Shown here: positions 1 to 13,400 of the stretch, piece by piece
Layout: the number at the start of each line of letters is the position of its first letter
How positions within the stretch are numbered: the first letter of the stretch is position 1
Source of the DNA: Owenia fusiformis
Taxonomy: Eukaryota
Direction: 5' to 3'
Assembly: GCA_903813345.2 (NCBI GenBank)
Contig: CAIIXF020000001.1
Span: forward strand, 4,402,001 to 4,466,000
DNA: 64,000 nt
Notes under the pieces: generated by a model
Seen by the model: the letters and a program-made list of their open reading frames with translations, nothing else
Databases searched by the model: none
Told to the model about the DNA's origin: nothing
Translations under genes and position numbers: made by a program

Positions 1-1040
1 GTAGTGATTGAGCATGGGAACCGACGATGTAAAAAGGATGAGTCAGGATATATGAAAAATTGTTATCATAGAAAAACACCAACAGCAACATGTATGAAAT
101 ACAAAGTAGAAATAACTTAAAGACTCATGAAGAATTCAAAAGAAAATCATATTTTTGAAATACATTTTAGGTTTTTAAATTACAAATTTTTGAATTTCCT
201 GCCAGTTTAATTTGAAGGGGGAAAACAATATCAGAAATAAAAAGTTGCTTCACTTTTTAATTTTCCCATTGGGCAGTTTTATGGTTTATTTTTTGATTGA
301 TTCTGACTGTTCATCATTGTGAGATATCCTATCAGTTTCCTTCTTTGCATGGCAGAGATTGTCTGAGCATCAGAATGACTGTTTATCATCAGGGTCATGT
401 ATAGAGATTATAAAATTGAAACCATAAAGCTGTGCTCTGCATGAATTTGATGTATATAACTTCACCAACACAACTGAAGTGTCAAAACTGGATGCTCAGA
501 ACTTTGATGACTATAATCTCTTGATTACCAAGATAAACACCAATTCAGGAACCATGACATTAGGGAAGTTAGGATACACATTTATTTTAAAACTTGTATG
601 GGAAAATGTAGAATTGTGATATGGAAAATAATTGTAGTTAGGTCTCTGGAGAAGCGGATTGAGAGGGGTCTAAAGTTATCCTCAGGGGTCAAAATATTAC
701 ATGTTCACATCAGGCTCGTGAAAGTTAACCTCCCTAGTGACAATACTTATTTGTGGGGTTAACTATTTTTATCTCGATTCAATAATCACCAGGGTAAAGA
801 TTTACCACCTACATTTTTTAGGAATGGTTCTATGGGTTAGCTTCCCTCACACATAAACCAGGTTTATATATTTATAAGTAATAATCAAGGGAATAAAGAG
901 TCACTTGTACTTTTCAGGACTGGTTTCTTGGTTAAACATACAGTATCAATTTGGACTGCTCACCACTGCCTTTATCCTCTCTCACACACTACACAATGCA
1001 TGAACACAAAACATATTTTTTAATAATTGTACTTCACTGT

Positions 1041-1046
1041 TTTATT
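1041..1046 (-). promoter_or_regulatory. Candidate polyadenylation signal (AATAAA) of calreticulin
   Basis: TTTATT on + strand about 680 nt downstream of the CALR stop codon; motif only. Confidence 0.4.
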
Positions 1047-1722
1047 GCAAGTACTTGTATTTTTGTAATTTTCTCTGTAACAATAAGTCTGTACATTAAG
1101 TCCTAATATTGAGCCATGGACACGTGCCCCAGAAATTGGCCCGGAATCCCCAAATACAAAAGTCCCCATATGACAGTGCAAGTAAGAACTTTTCATCACA
1201 ATAAGTAAAATCGCATAAATTATTCAATTTCTATCATAATTTACACATGATACAACTAAAACTTAACCAGTCTTATGATGGTGCTAAATTGGAAACAATT
1301 TTAGCCAATAAACATTCTGACTAGCAATTGAACAGGCAGAGAAAATACTGTTTCCAATAGTATCATAAAGAAAAAATTGAGAATCTTAACTGATGAAAAA
1401 CATGAACTCTCCATGTGAGAAATATCACATGAAGAAAATTGGGCCTCTCGCAATAGCGGAATGCTTCAATAAGCTCTATGAGATGCCCAGCATAGAGCCA
1501 ACACACACACACTAAAACACAGAATCCAAAACAAACGAGAAAACAATGTCCTTGATATTTGTCCCACATGGATTAAATTCTGTGTTCCTTCTTTAAATAC
1601 AATATAGATCATGATTGTGAGCATTGAGATGATGCCATTCTGGCTTTGGATGATGATTATGAATAATGTCTGCTTGACGCCGTAAGATGATAATGTATTG
1701 ATGTTAGGTGGTTTTTGATAAT

Positions 1723-4700
1723 CTATAATTCGTCGTGATCTATATCTCCTTCTTCTTCTGGTTCTTCATCTTCATCCTCATCAATCTCTCCCATATCATC
1801 CTCATCTCCCTCCTCAGCATCTTCACCTGCAATAATATCACATACATTATGCCATGCTGTTAATAAACACTTCAAGTAACATACATGACAAGTAAAATAA
1901 TACACCTTTAAAACACACTTGAAAGCAAAAGAAATTACAATGACTTGCAAAAAACCAAAGCCTGCAGATATCACTGCTCTCACAAACAAAAGCATCAACC
2001 AAATGAAATGATATGGAGATCAGCAGAAACAATACACACCATCAACGAGGTCTTCTTCTGCTCCATCATCCATCCATTCATAACCTGCATGATTTGCATC
2101 ATCTGAGGTGCCTTGTACACTAGCAGACTCAACACCATTCCCAGCTAAAGCAGGCAGAGCAACCAAACACAGCAAGACCATTTAAGAATCAACTCATATA
2201 AAGCACCAACTAATAGTAACTAACACCAAAATCCAATAAATAAATAATGAAAATACCTCAAAAAACCCAAACACCAAATGGGAAAACAAACAAATAACGA
2301 CTAATGAGACCGATTTTTTAAATTAGCCTAATACCAAAATCTACATTGAGATCCACCACCAGCAGATGTAATAAGATGAAAACCTCCAGTGAAGAACCAA
2401 TATATTCAAAATATGTACATGTAACATTTCTCAAACCACAAATAACACTGTTAATACACTTCAACTAATGCAACATATATCTACTGAGTGATCTACAATG
2501 CTTTTTCTCAATAGAGAGAAAGAACGTAATTTTACCCATTTTCAACAGAGTTGATTAATTTTAAGATTCTTGGAGTGACCACTTTTACCCTTGAAGAAAA
2601 TATGAACAAATTTGTTACATATTTATTGATTTCAAAACGTTACAATATTACTGAATATTGTGTTTGAATTATTTGCTTACCTTCTTCCTCTTTCCTCTTG
2701 GCCTCCTCCTCTTCTCTCTGTTTTCTTTCTTCTTCATCTTGTTTGTCTTTCATTTCTTTCTCTGCATCCTGTAACAGAAAAAAATATATGAGTAAACAGG
2801 ACAGGAGGTAAAGCCTTTTGATGATCTCATTTCAAGTCTGTACATGTATTCAAACAGTTTGAAGGCTTGTATGTTATTCTAGGAATCATATTTTATATCT
2901 GGTTCTCAACCTCAAGAGGATTACATGTAAAGCTCTCATTCACTTACTTTAGTTTTGCCCCAGGTTTCCTGTCCTTGTTCTTTTGCATAATCTTCATCAT
3001 CTGTGATAAGAATGTTGTCGAAGATAGTACCTGATTTTACCTAAAAGATAAAGAACAATGAACTTTAATACAAGTATAATTGTTTTACGTAAAACATACT
3101 ATCATGGATTTTTATTGTTTGAAACCAAAAGGGTCTTGAGTTCTAAACATCCTACATAATCCATTTATAAATTTCACAAGGCACATAATTAAGTTTTAGT
3201 AGAGAGAAGAAATGATTTATCTATAGAGCAGAACTCAACAACAATATCTAAGATTCCTACCTGCCATAAATCGAATCCAATAGCACCAAAGTCTTCATAA
3301 AGGTAAAGTTTATCATCAGCAACATAGTCTGGGTTATCGATCTCTGGGTGGATCCATTTGCCTTTGTATGCTGGGTTATCAATCTGCTTGGGTTTCCATT
3401 CTCCTTGGTATTCAGGGTTGTCAATCATTGGTGGTTCCCATTCACCATCCATATCATCATCCCAGTCATCAGGCTTCTTGGCATCTGGGTCAGCAATATG
3501 CTCTGGTTTATCCCAGTCTTCTGGTTTTGTGTCCTCTGGGTCATCAATGTTCTCTCTCTCATCCCAGTCTTCTGGTTTCTTGGCTTCAGGATCCTGGAAT
3601 TAGTCATGAAGTATATTAGATTCACTACAAGGTGTCTTTATACTCACTGAGACATGAGCTATGTTAGCATAGGTCAGAGTCAAATGTAAAAAAACATCTG
3701 TTTATGGGTTGAACTTGTATGACACAAGAATAAACATGTTTACTTTAGACTAGAAAAAATAAATGAGTTTACATATCTATTTAAGTTGAATTATTTAATT
3801 TTTTTGAAATGCACAGCAGAAAGGATCCCCATAATACAATTTTGCACAAATTTCTACCTTGATTTTCTTAGGTGCCAAAAAGTCCCAGTCTGCCTCCAAT
3901 TCTCCACTCTCAACCTTCTCATTGTCGATTTTCACCTCATATGTGTTGTCAGCGCGCAGAATGAGTGTATACAAGTGAGTGTAGACATCATCTTTGCATC
4001 TGATGTCTTTTTTGGTGAGAAGGTTCTTTCCCTTGTAGCTGAAGATCACGTGAACTTTCTTGGTTCCTGGTCCACAAATATCTGGGCCTGAAGATTAATA
4101 AATTGAAAATACACTATAAAGGTATTATACCATTAACTGAATAACTGTTCATATATGTAAGACTGTTTCTTGCTACTATGTTTTTTTCTCAGATCATCCA
4201 ATCAGTCATAGCAATCAGACTGGGGCGGTAAGTTGATCATCACAGAATTGATTTTCTTCGGTGCCAAAAAGTGCCAGTCTGCAAACATTCCATGGTTCGT
4301 TGTTGATATCGCAACAAGTAGAATCTTCACCATTCAGGTTTCTCAATGTTCAAACCCGAACGACCAAATAAGATAATTTGACTGGTTTAAAAGTTGACGT
4401 TAAAGGAGCAATGAAATACAATTTTCAATAGGATTGTAATAGACAGCAGTAATTATACATTAAATGTAAAATAACTTTTATTAGTGGTTTTAATTGATAC
4501 CTCATACTGTCAATAACAGAGCAATTTAAAGAGGTCATAATACCCCTGCTGTATCTATATGCATCACTAAAGACCCCCCCCCAATTATGAATGAATACTT
4601 ACCAAACATAATGTTGTATGGAGATTCACCATGCATTTCTTTAGGATTAAGATCACTTGAGAAGATTTTGGCGTATCCACCTCCACAGTCAATGTTCTGT

Positions 4701-6739
4701 TCATGTTTGACTGTGAATTGAATAACAAGGGTTTTGCCCTCATTGGAGAATTTATCAAATTTGGCTGAGAGTCCATAGAATTTGGCATCCTGACTGGTCT
4801 GGATACCTAAAACACAGAGAAAACATGTTGACTGCAGGATCAAAAAAATATCAAAGCATTGCAAGTCAGTCTTCTTCAACAACTTGTAGAACTAAAATGA
4901 AGTACTCTACCAGTTCAACATCATTTAGAAACCCTATTTCAGCATAGATGATTATTGATTATGCATTAGTAAACTCAAATCAACTTTGTACAGAGATGTT
5001 CAATGTAAAAATCTTTCAGTAAAACATTCTGCTATCATGGGCCAAGTCTTAATTGTTATACCTTTGTCTTTTTCTGCATCTCCGTAGAATTTGCCAGCAC
5101 TGAGAACAAACTTCCCAGCATCAGCTCCCTTGCTCTCAGAGGGGATCCATCTTGACTCAAAGCTGTCATCTGAAGCAAATAAAAAATGAAAATGTAACTA
5201 GTGTAAAAAACGTAGAAAAATAAGGCATTAACATGCAAAATGGAATCACCTGGCATTTGTTACAGACACCAAATACGGGTGGCCCGATACAAAACACCGA
5301 AAACTGTCATAAAAAAGTTGGGAGAACATAACAATATTTTTGGTGGTAACCTAATGTGGCTCGAATTGCCAATCTAATTGTGAGAATGTAATTTGTCTAT
5401 ATATAATTAAATAAATAGGGTTATTTCCTCCTGATGTTACATAATTAATGGGGGGTAAACTGTAATCACATGTTTGCTAATCAAAATCATTGTTGAATTT
5501 TTTTTATGTGCAATCAGTAATGGCTGTAGAACAGCATGATAAATCAGCAAATAGAATCAATATTAAATAAGTACCTTGTTAATGTACCAGTCTATGCTTA
5601 ATTCTAACTAATGCAACTTTGTCATAACATTACTGCACAATCATATAAACACTTTCCCAATTCAAATATTGATGTTTACATCAATATGTGCCACATTATA
5701 TTTCAGCTCCAGATAAAGATTAATATAAACCATAATTTCTTAAGTACATATGACAAATGAGGTAAGTAAATACAGGCCTTATATGTAAATATAATAAGGT
5801 GACTGTGTTATTGTGCATCAAGGTGGAATGATATGATTGGTCCACTTGGATCCAGTAGCCAATCAGGCTTCCCTACATGTTACACACAGTTTGAATTCTT
5901 GCCTTGAAACACATGGCTGATTCTCTCGTGTCTGATTGCAATTACTCTCAATTTCAATCTTGCTAATATAGACATAATTGTATTGAAGTAAAGTATATTT
6001 CAATTTAATTTATAGTAATAGACTATACGGTCCCAATCCCTGGTGTAAAAGGCCAAGCATACATTTTCATTCAAAGTCTTATTCGTCTTCGTAAACTTCC
6101 TAATTCAAGCTTGAACAATGAACGTGATAACAAATCGTTGGAAGGGCAACGGGAATGAACTTATATTATGTACCTAGGCCTACATTGAAGGACCCGAGTT
6201 TCAATAAGAAATGATCTTAGAGTCTGATTGATTTTCAAAGTTGCAATATGGTGAACTCGCTAGTTTTTCTTGTGAAATCGAGAATCTAAATAATATGGTT
6301 GAGCCTTCAAACATGTTATATTGCAGTGTACCATTTACCACTTGGGACTATGTAAAAAGGGGAGTGGCATCCAGCAGACACAATTAGACTATCGAATTTG
6401 TTTTGAGATGAGCCCTCCCTAACTAGATCTAAACGATAATAGATCTACCCAACATAAAGTCGATACACATACTCGTGACTTTTAAAATATCAAGGAAGAT
6501 GAAGACAATCATGTGTCTATGAATGCAATATTTTTCTGCAAACCGTGAATGAATGTAACCTAAAAGTTTTAGGCAAGTTCATCTCGATCAAATCAAAATT
6601 TTGTCAACATCAGAGGCCGGTTAATTTTAATACACAAAACACATGAAAACTACTTACCTTCGAATTTTTCTGAGAAGTATACAGTTGGGTCACATAGTGC
6701 TAGACCCAAAAGCGGCAGGAGAACTACCAAGAGCTTCAT
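1723..6739 (-). CDS. CALR: Calreticulin, 8 core coding exons, 413 aa (448 aa with the optional exon 2040-2144)
   Basis: Exons complement(6658-6739, 5062-5169, 4603-4806, 3858-4087, 3261-3593, 2948-3040, 2681-2768, 1723-1826); all GT-AG and phase-compatible (1242 nt). Signal peptide MKLLVVLLPLLGLALC, lectin-domain motifs KHEQNIDCGGGY and IMFGPDICG, P-domain repeats (DPEAKKPEDWD, GEWKPKQIDNP), acidic tail ending HDEL. Confidence 0.97.
2040..2144 (-). CDS. CALR: Candidate symmetric (phase 1-1) cassette exon of calreticulin, 35 aa: AGNGVESASVQGTSDDANHAGYEWMDDGAEEDLVD
   Basis: Pyrimidine-rich acceptor ...gctctgcctgctttag, GT donor (gtgtgt), 105 nt, open in the frame set by the flanking exons, acidic like the C-domain. 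A second in-frame AG would give a 45-nt version (2040-2084). Confidence 0.6.
5822..5877. promoter_or_regulatory. ERSE-like module in CALR intron 1
   Basis: Minus strand CCAAT-N9-CCACC (5840-5822); overlapping ERSE-II-like ATTGG-T-CCACT (5836-5846); plus strand CCAAT-N9-CTACA (5859-5877). Confidence 0.55.
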
Positions 6740-7000
6740 TTTGGAGAGAAACTGGAACTTGACTTCACCGTTTCAACTTCAACGTGTTAGTAAAGATGCT
6801 TGATGTACCACGTGACTAGGTCTTGCTGGATGGTTTTGATTGGTCCAGACCATTACCCAATCAGATTCGACCACATTTTGCTATGTCGGAATATACCGAA
6901 CAAGATCGTTAGACTACGATGAGACGTCGATAGTTTCCGTCACCAACGGATTCTTCCGAACAAAAGTGCATGACGGGAAGAAAACAACATGGCGGATGGC
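6740..7000. promoter_or_regulatory. Bidirectional promoter region of CALR / C19orf44-like, with ERSE-like elements
   Basis: Between divergent start codons 6739(-) and 7496(+). CCAAT-N9-CCAGC on minus (6843-6825), CCAAT-N9-CCACA on plus (6857-6875), CCACGTG (6808-6814), YY1-like AACATGGCGG (6986-6995); CpG-richer than the flanks. Confidence 0.7.
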
Positions 7001-7495
7001 ACTCAAAACTTTATTTCAAATTTAGATTAGTATTTAGGATATTTCACACTATAGAGAACCATGGGAACAACATTTTTTGAAATCGGAGCTGCGAATATAC
7101 TTTATCCATCGCACAGTTGTAATGAAATATAAATCTATATTACCATAATAAAAATTTCAATCAAATTGGGCATTTTTCAAACTCACATCAGAAATGAAGA
7201 CAGTGAAGTGAAAGTGACCGACAGTTTCAATGACAATATTAGATCTACAGAATTGGACTATTCAACACTAAGCTTTAATTTTGGAATAATGAGACATGAT
7301 ACAGATATGACTGATCACCTAAAGAGACTTTCTCATATGTGTTTTCAGTTGAAGCTTTCATTGGAAAGTTAATTTTACGCCATCACAGTGTATAAGCTTA
7401 CTGCATCAAGTCTTTAGGGTGTCATTTATCCAATCCAGTAGTTCTTGTACACTGCAAGATTCTCACAGTTATCATTAAAGAAACAAACATACAAA

Positions 7496-10400
7496 ATGTT
7501 TCGCAAGTCAGGAAGTGCATCATCTGTCAATTCGCTACTTTCAAGAGCAAATGCACAATTAAGAGGTCAAAAGGTAGCTGAAGGTAGACAAGAGGCTAAG
7601 GTTTCAGACGATGATGATGATTTGCAGGTAACATTTTTGCTCTTCCCACTGATTTCATTTTGTTCTGTTATCAGTACAGTACGAGACAGTGAAAATATAA
7701 GTCTATTAAACCATCTATCAGTCCATTTCACTGTTTAATTGCGTCAGTAAAACCTAAAAATTAAGAAATCAAAATATCATTATGCAATACTATATGGAAA
7801 AATATATTCCTATTGTACATGAATGACATTTGCATATCTTGGATTGCTTCTAGATTGGCTTATAAAGTGTGTGGCCTCTTATATTTGGATGCTTCTCTGC
7901 CATGTTATTTTCAATAAGATTAACATAGCTGGAATTCTTCAAATTACAAGAGGGCACAGGCTTATTGCACAAAAAAGTAAAAAATCTGAAATACACAAAT
8001 GCCATTCATGTACAATATGAATACACTTTTCCATATATTATTCCACAGTGGTCTCTCGATTTCTTATTTTTGGGGTTCTACTGACGCAATAAAACAGTGA
8101 AATGGACTTTATCAAAAATAAACAATATTACCCAAAGAAATACATTTATACTCTAGATACAAAATATTTGTATTTTTTGGATTATTTGTGGTTTAGCTAA
8201 CAAGATATGTGACCTCTCATATGTTGATGCTCCACTGACATTTTATGTATTCAAATATATTATCATCTCCCTTAATTACAAGAGGCCACAAGGTTATTGC
8301 ACATGAAACTTAGGCTGTAAGAATTAGATTCTTTGTTTTGCGTCCCCTTGCTTGCATGATTTTGAGTAAATCAGAAAAAACAAACACATCCAAATAGCAA
8401 CCACAAGGGTCTGAAAGTAACACCGCATTTTGTTCAATCAGAATCAGACGAAATGGCGGATAAATTGATGTGCGTCAAAATTGACAGTGTTATTGATTAC
8501 TTGGGCATACATTGTATATTTTCTTCTTTTTACCCTTGAATAATACCAATATTTAAATATATTGTATAAAATGTATAGATCTGTGTTTGTATCACTGCAA
8601 ATTGGTATGTCATCCCTTTTAATTCCTATAAAATGTATACATTTCTCAGCAAACAAGTTTGTGTTTTTTCTTGAGTTTGTGTTTGTTTTCCTTGTACCCT
8701 TGCATGATTTGGAATTTGCCAGGACGCAAAACAGAGAATCTAATTCTTATGGCCTTATCTGAAAATACGCTTTTTTAAAATCTCAATTATGAATATATTT
8801 TCCATATAATTTTGCACTGTTGTCATTCAGTTGTTTAATTTTTAGGTTTTATAGACTTAGATATTCATTGTCTTAGACTCTTATTAGAGAATTTTTTTAG
8901 AAATTGCCATACCTGCTCGTGTTATGCTCTGGTACAGAAAACTTTCTTAAAAATTAAGAAATACACACATATCTTCATGCTTTATTTTATACCTGAATTG
9001 ATCTGCAGGTTCAGCAGTTTTTCAAAAATGTGTCCAATTGATGATTTGCGATCACCAAATGGATTCTATCTTTTAGTGACGTCACAATTAGGTCACCCAG
9101 CTTTAGATGCTTGATTTTGAGAGATTATCTTCTATATTTCGTGCTTTATTGATTTATTTTTCACGAAAGCGTTCGACTTGACTAGATCAACATTCATTCT
9201 AAGCACATACCAAGTCTAAGGTCTTACTGACATGATTTAGATAGCAGTTAAGCGCCCCCCGATTTTGACAAAAACGGGGGGCGCTTAAAGGCATCGATGT
9301 TTAGTATGAATTTCACCCAAACTTCGCACATATATAGATATACTCATGATCTAGTCAAATTGGCATACCTGTTAAATATCTGACTCATGGTTTTCATATA
9401 AGAAACGACAATATTTTTAGCTCAAAACTGCCACGTGTCCGTCATTTCGTGATTCCATCATGTCTAATATCATTTCTATATGACGTCATACCAATAAGAC
9501 GAAATACGTGACAACAGTATCCATAAACAAAATTCCTGAATTCTGATCGCAAAAGGTCAATTAGATTTACCTTGAATGTCTCCAAGTGACTGGAGATAAC
9601 TCACATGTCATTATGTCAAAAATATTTGAAGAATTCAGATATAGGTCATCACAATAAGCACTGCTATCATTAATATGTCAATGTTCGATGCATTATGATT
9701 CAGAATTATTGCAATAAAATGAAAATATGATAGATTCGCTTGAATTAAATACAAAAATTACATCAGTCAGTTACATGGTCAGTTTGGCAATCTTGAGTAA
9801 GTTTGACGTCACAAACTTGGAAAAAGTCACATCGGTGTTTTGGTATGCTATGTTCTGTATGTAATATTTTGTGTAAAAATTAATCAATTGTCTTAAAATT
9901 TCCAGATAGTGTGTATTATATGCTTTAAAGTATGTGTGAAAAGTTTCATTAAGTTTACTTGCCATATACAAAAATTATTTGAGGTTTTCCTTAATAGGAA
10001 AAGACTTTTGATACAGAGGGTATGTAAATTACAAACCAAAATTGTTTTGAATGATAATATGCATGAATAAATTTATTTGCAAAAAATGATTTAAAAATCT
10101 TTGTTTAAAGCTTGAATCCTGATCATGTATGCATCCATATTTTTCAGGCTTATCTCACCTCTCTGACAAAGAAAACCAGTGGGGTTACCTCCAATTTTGA
10201 AGATTTGAGTGACATATCAATGAATGATGATGATGTCGTAGTTGAACCTAAGTCAAGAAGTAACACTTCATTTAGCAATAAGTTCATGAAGAAGAAACCA
10301 AACTCTACAGAGAATACTCCTGTAAAATTGAACAAATCCATCACTGATCCGGATCTTAAATCGAATAAACCACTTGTGAATAAATCTGGTAGTGTGTCAT

Positions 10401-13400
10401 CTGCTTTGAATAAAGTAGCATCATTCACCAGTAAATATGCAAAGCCCAAAAAACTAGTAAACCTTAGTGATAGTGACCTTGACATGGATATTAGTGTGGA
10501 TGAGGATATAATGAAAGAAGTTCAGAATGAAAAGAAATTTATAAACCGAAAATCGAAACCTCCTGCAAAGCCTACCCAATCATTAAAATCACAAGAATTT
10601 AGCAAGTCAGCGTCACTTCAAAATAAAACCCAGACAAATTCATTCTCAAAAGAAAACTCTGACACTGATGACAACCAAGTAAGGAACAAATTTTTAAAGA
10701 AGAAACCAGTATCTGAAAACACTTCTAAAGCACCAACTGCCAAATCCAATGGTGGTTTTCTTAAAGATATGATGGGTCGGCAATCAGTTGAAACACCTAT
10801 AATGAGTGATGATTCTGATGAGATTAACAATGTACAGTTTAACATAGGATCTAGCAGTGAGATTAGTGAGGTGGAAGAACGCAATAGATTCTTGAAGAAA
10901 CCACTGAAATCTGCTGGAAAACCCATAGCTACATCAACTCCATCTAAAGGTGAATGATTTAACCAAATAATTTGTTCATTCATTTATGATCATTTTACAT
11001 ACATAATACATAAGTACATTCATGTACATGATTAACTCGTATTGAATTTGATGTTATTTTAGAATTCAAGCTAACTATTTTATTTAAAGTACCTGCAGAT
11101 TTATTAATCATACCATAACATGAACTCACAGATTTTGAATTTTTGTCTGTGTTCCCAAGCTCACAAGTCACAATGAAGAAACATTGAAATCCTAGATTCA
11201 GAATGCTTAATCAACATTAGAATCTCACCCATGTCATTCGTACAAGTAATTAACATACTTTGAAATTGTATTTCAGGTAAATCAGGTGGCATCAAGTTAG
11301 GCAGTTCATTGAAGTACTCTACAGATGTTGTCTTAAATATAACTTATCGTATATAATCTTGTGTAATTTGATTTCAGGTAAATCAGGGGGCATCAAGTTA
11401 GGCAGTTCATTGAAGTACTCTACAGATGTTGTCTTAGACTCTGATGATGAAGACATGGCTGAATACATTGCAGGACTTAAGTCAAATACACCTTCCCCAG
11501 AACCAAGAAAAACATCACTTACGAAACCTAATGAAGCTCGGATAAAGGTATATTACTGGGCCTTTAAGAAAACCAATTTTGTACTGATAGAGTTACCCAG
11601 AATACATATAGATTTCAAATCAAAAAGCTCAGTGAAATCTGATTTTCACAGTCTAACATCAGCGAACTTCTATTAAGCCATCGTAATATGCATGTGGGTT
11701 TCTCCTGAGTAGGAGCGCCCTACCTCAAAAAAATGTTTTTAAGAATGCTTTTTTGCAATATTGTCTTCATTTACTCAACTACCCCATTGAGAATGAAAAA
11801 ATAAAGGCCAGTGGCCCTGTATAAGTCTATGGCCTTTGTTGAATAGATCACATGGACATAAAAAACATAGAATTTGATATTTGAATCAGCATATACTGAC
11901 AGTATGTTATATTTTTGAGAGAAATCAAGCATTATGAATTTATTTTGAATGCACGTCTAATGATGAATGTGCAATTATTTGTAGAAAGCTGAGAAGGTGA
12001 CTTTTAGAAGCAAAGATGATGTTAGGATACAATCTGCGCTACCTAGTGAAGAAAGCATCCCAGATAGTGTCTCTGATGATTTTGGTAAGTCAAGAGTAAG
12101 AAGCACATCTACAGTGTATTTATGAACCAGGGGGTCATTAACAGAAACTTCATAAATCAATTGTTATTACCATGGATATAATGACGTCACAGTTAGAGAA
12201 CATTTGACTTTACGAATTCTTAACTTTACAAAGTTTCTGTTAATGGCCCCCCAGAATAAATAACTAATTTTTCGTGTAAAATCCCGACTGGCTGGAAGTG
12301 AGGTGAGTGAAAGCATGGGCTTTCAAGAGAAAGCCCATGGTGAAAGGTAATTTTCAAAAATAATTCTCAGCTGGGTGTAGTGCCTGGTTGCTTCATCGCT
12401 AAGAGACTAATATTTTTTAAGGTAAGATAGAGTCAGACAGCGAGTACTTCATGTTTTCATTTTAAAACTTGATAGCATCTATCCAATAAACACATCTTAA
12501 AACATTTTCAGTTTTTAATTATATAATGATTTTTTAATGAGCAGTTATTGATTTAATTGTACATTGATAATTGTTCACCATGTTCTATTATTTCAATTTG
12601 TAATTACTGTATCGGAATCAGAGGTTGGGATGTGCATGTATTGGACAGTGTGTTGTAAAGATCACTATCTGATATACCACTGCATATTAATTGCATGATT
12701 GTACAATAATTCTCCTGAACCTACCTGTAGTGAAACACTAGCATGCAATATTAAATTCCTTTTCTATTGTTAACCAATGAAATACTGCCAGCCAGATTGT
12801 ATACACTTAGCATTTAATAAATGTTATTTTATTTTTCATTGTGTGCTTAGTTATAGCGGATACAACAGAAACTATTGACAGGTAAACTTATTGGCCATTA
12901 ATTGAACCTATAATCTTGGTAAACCTCATGCATGTGTATTCAAGAGCAACCTGAAGGTGGAGTGATTTGATTGGTCCACTTGGAACATCCTGAAATAAGA
13001 GACCAATCACAAAGCACCAGCAGCATTTGCCTGCTGTTTGAAATAAAATACATGTATAGCAATCTGGTCAAGTAACCTTAAATGTCAGTATAGAGAACAA
13101 TAATTAAATTGAAAAAGCATGAGTAAACATATTAGCGGAATCAATTGGTGAATGATCTTGCGTTTTCATACTAAAGTTTGTTTTTGAGTTTTTTCTTATA
13201 GTTTTATGTATTTAAAGATATTTAAGAGACAGGGCCCTTTTTCTAAAGCCCTTTTTAGAAAAATAATTGAGATTACACAGGATACCTGTTATTTCTGCTT
13301 TTTAACACAATTTTAATAGAAAATTCAAATTCCAAACTCCTTATCTCACCATAATTCACAAATGGAGAATGGGAATTGAGCAACCAAACTTGGCACAAAG

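Noticed and set aside
12851-12881. AG...GT-bounded micro-exon candidate in intron 4
   Set aside because: 31 or 25 nt would break the frame between two phase-1 junctions.
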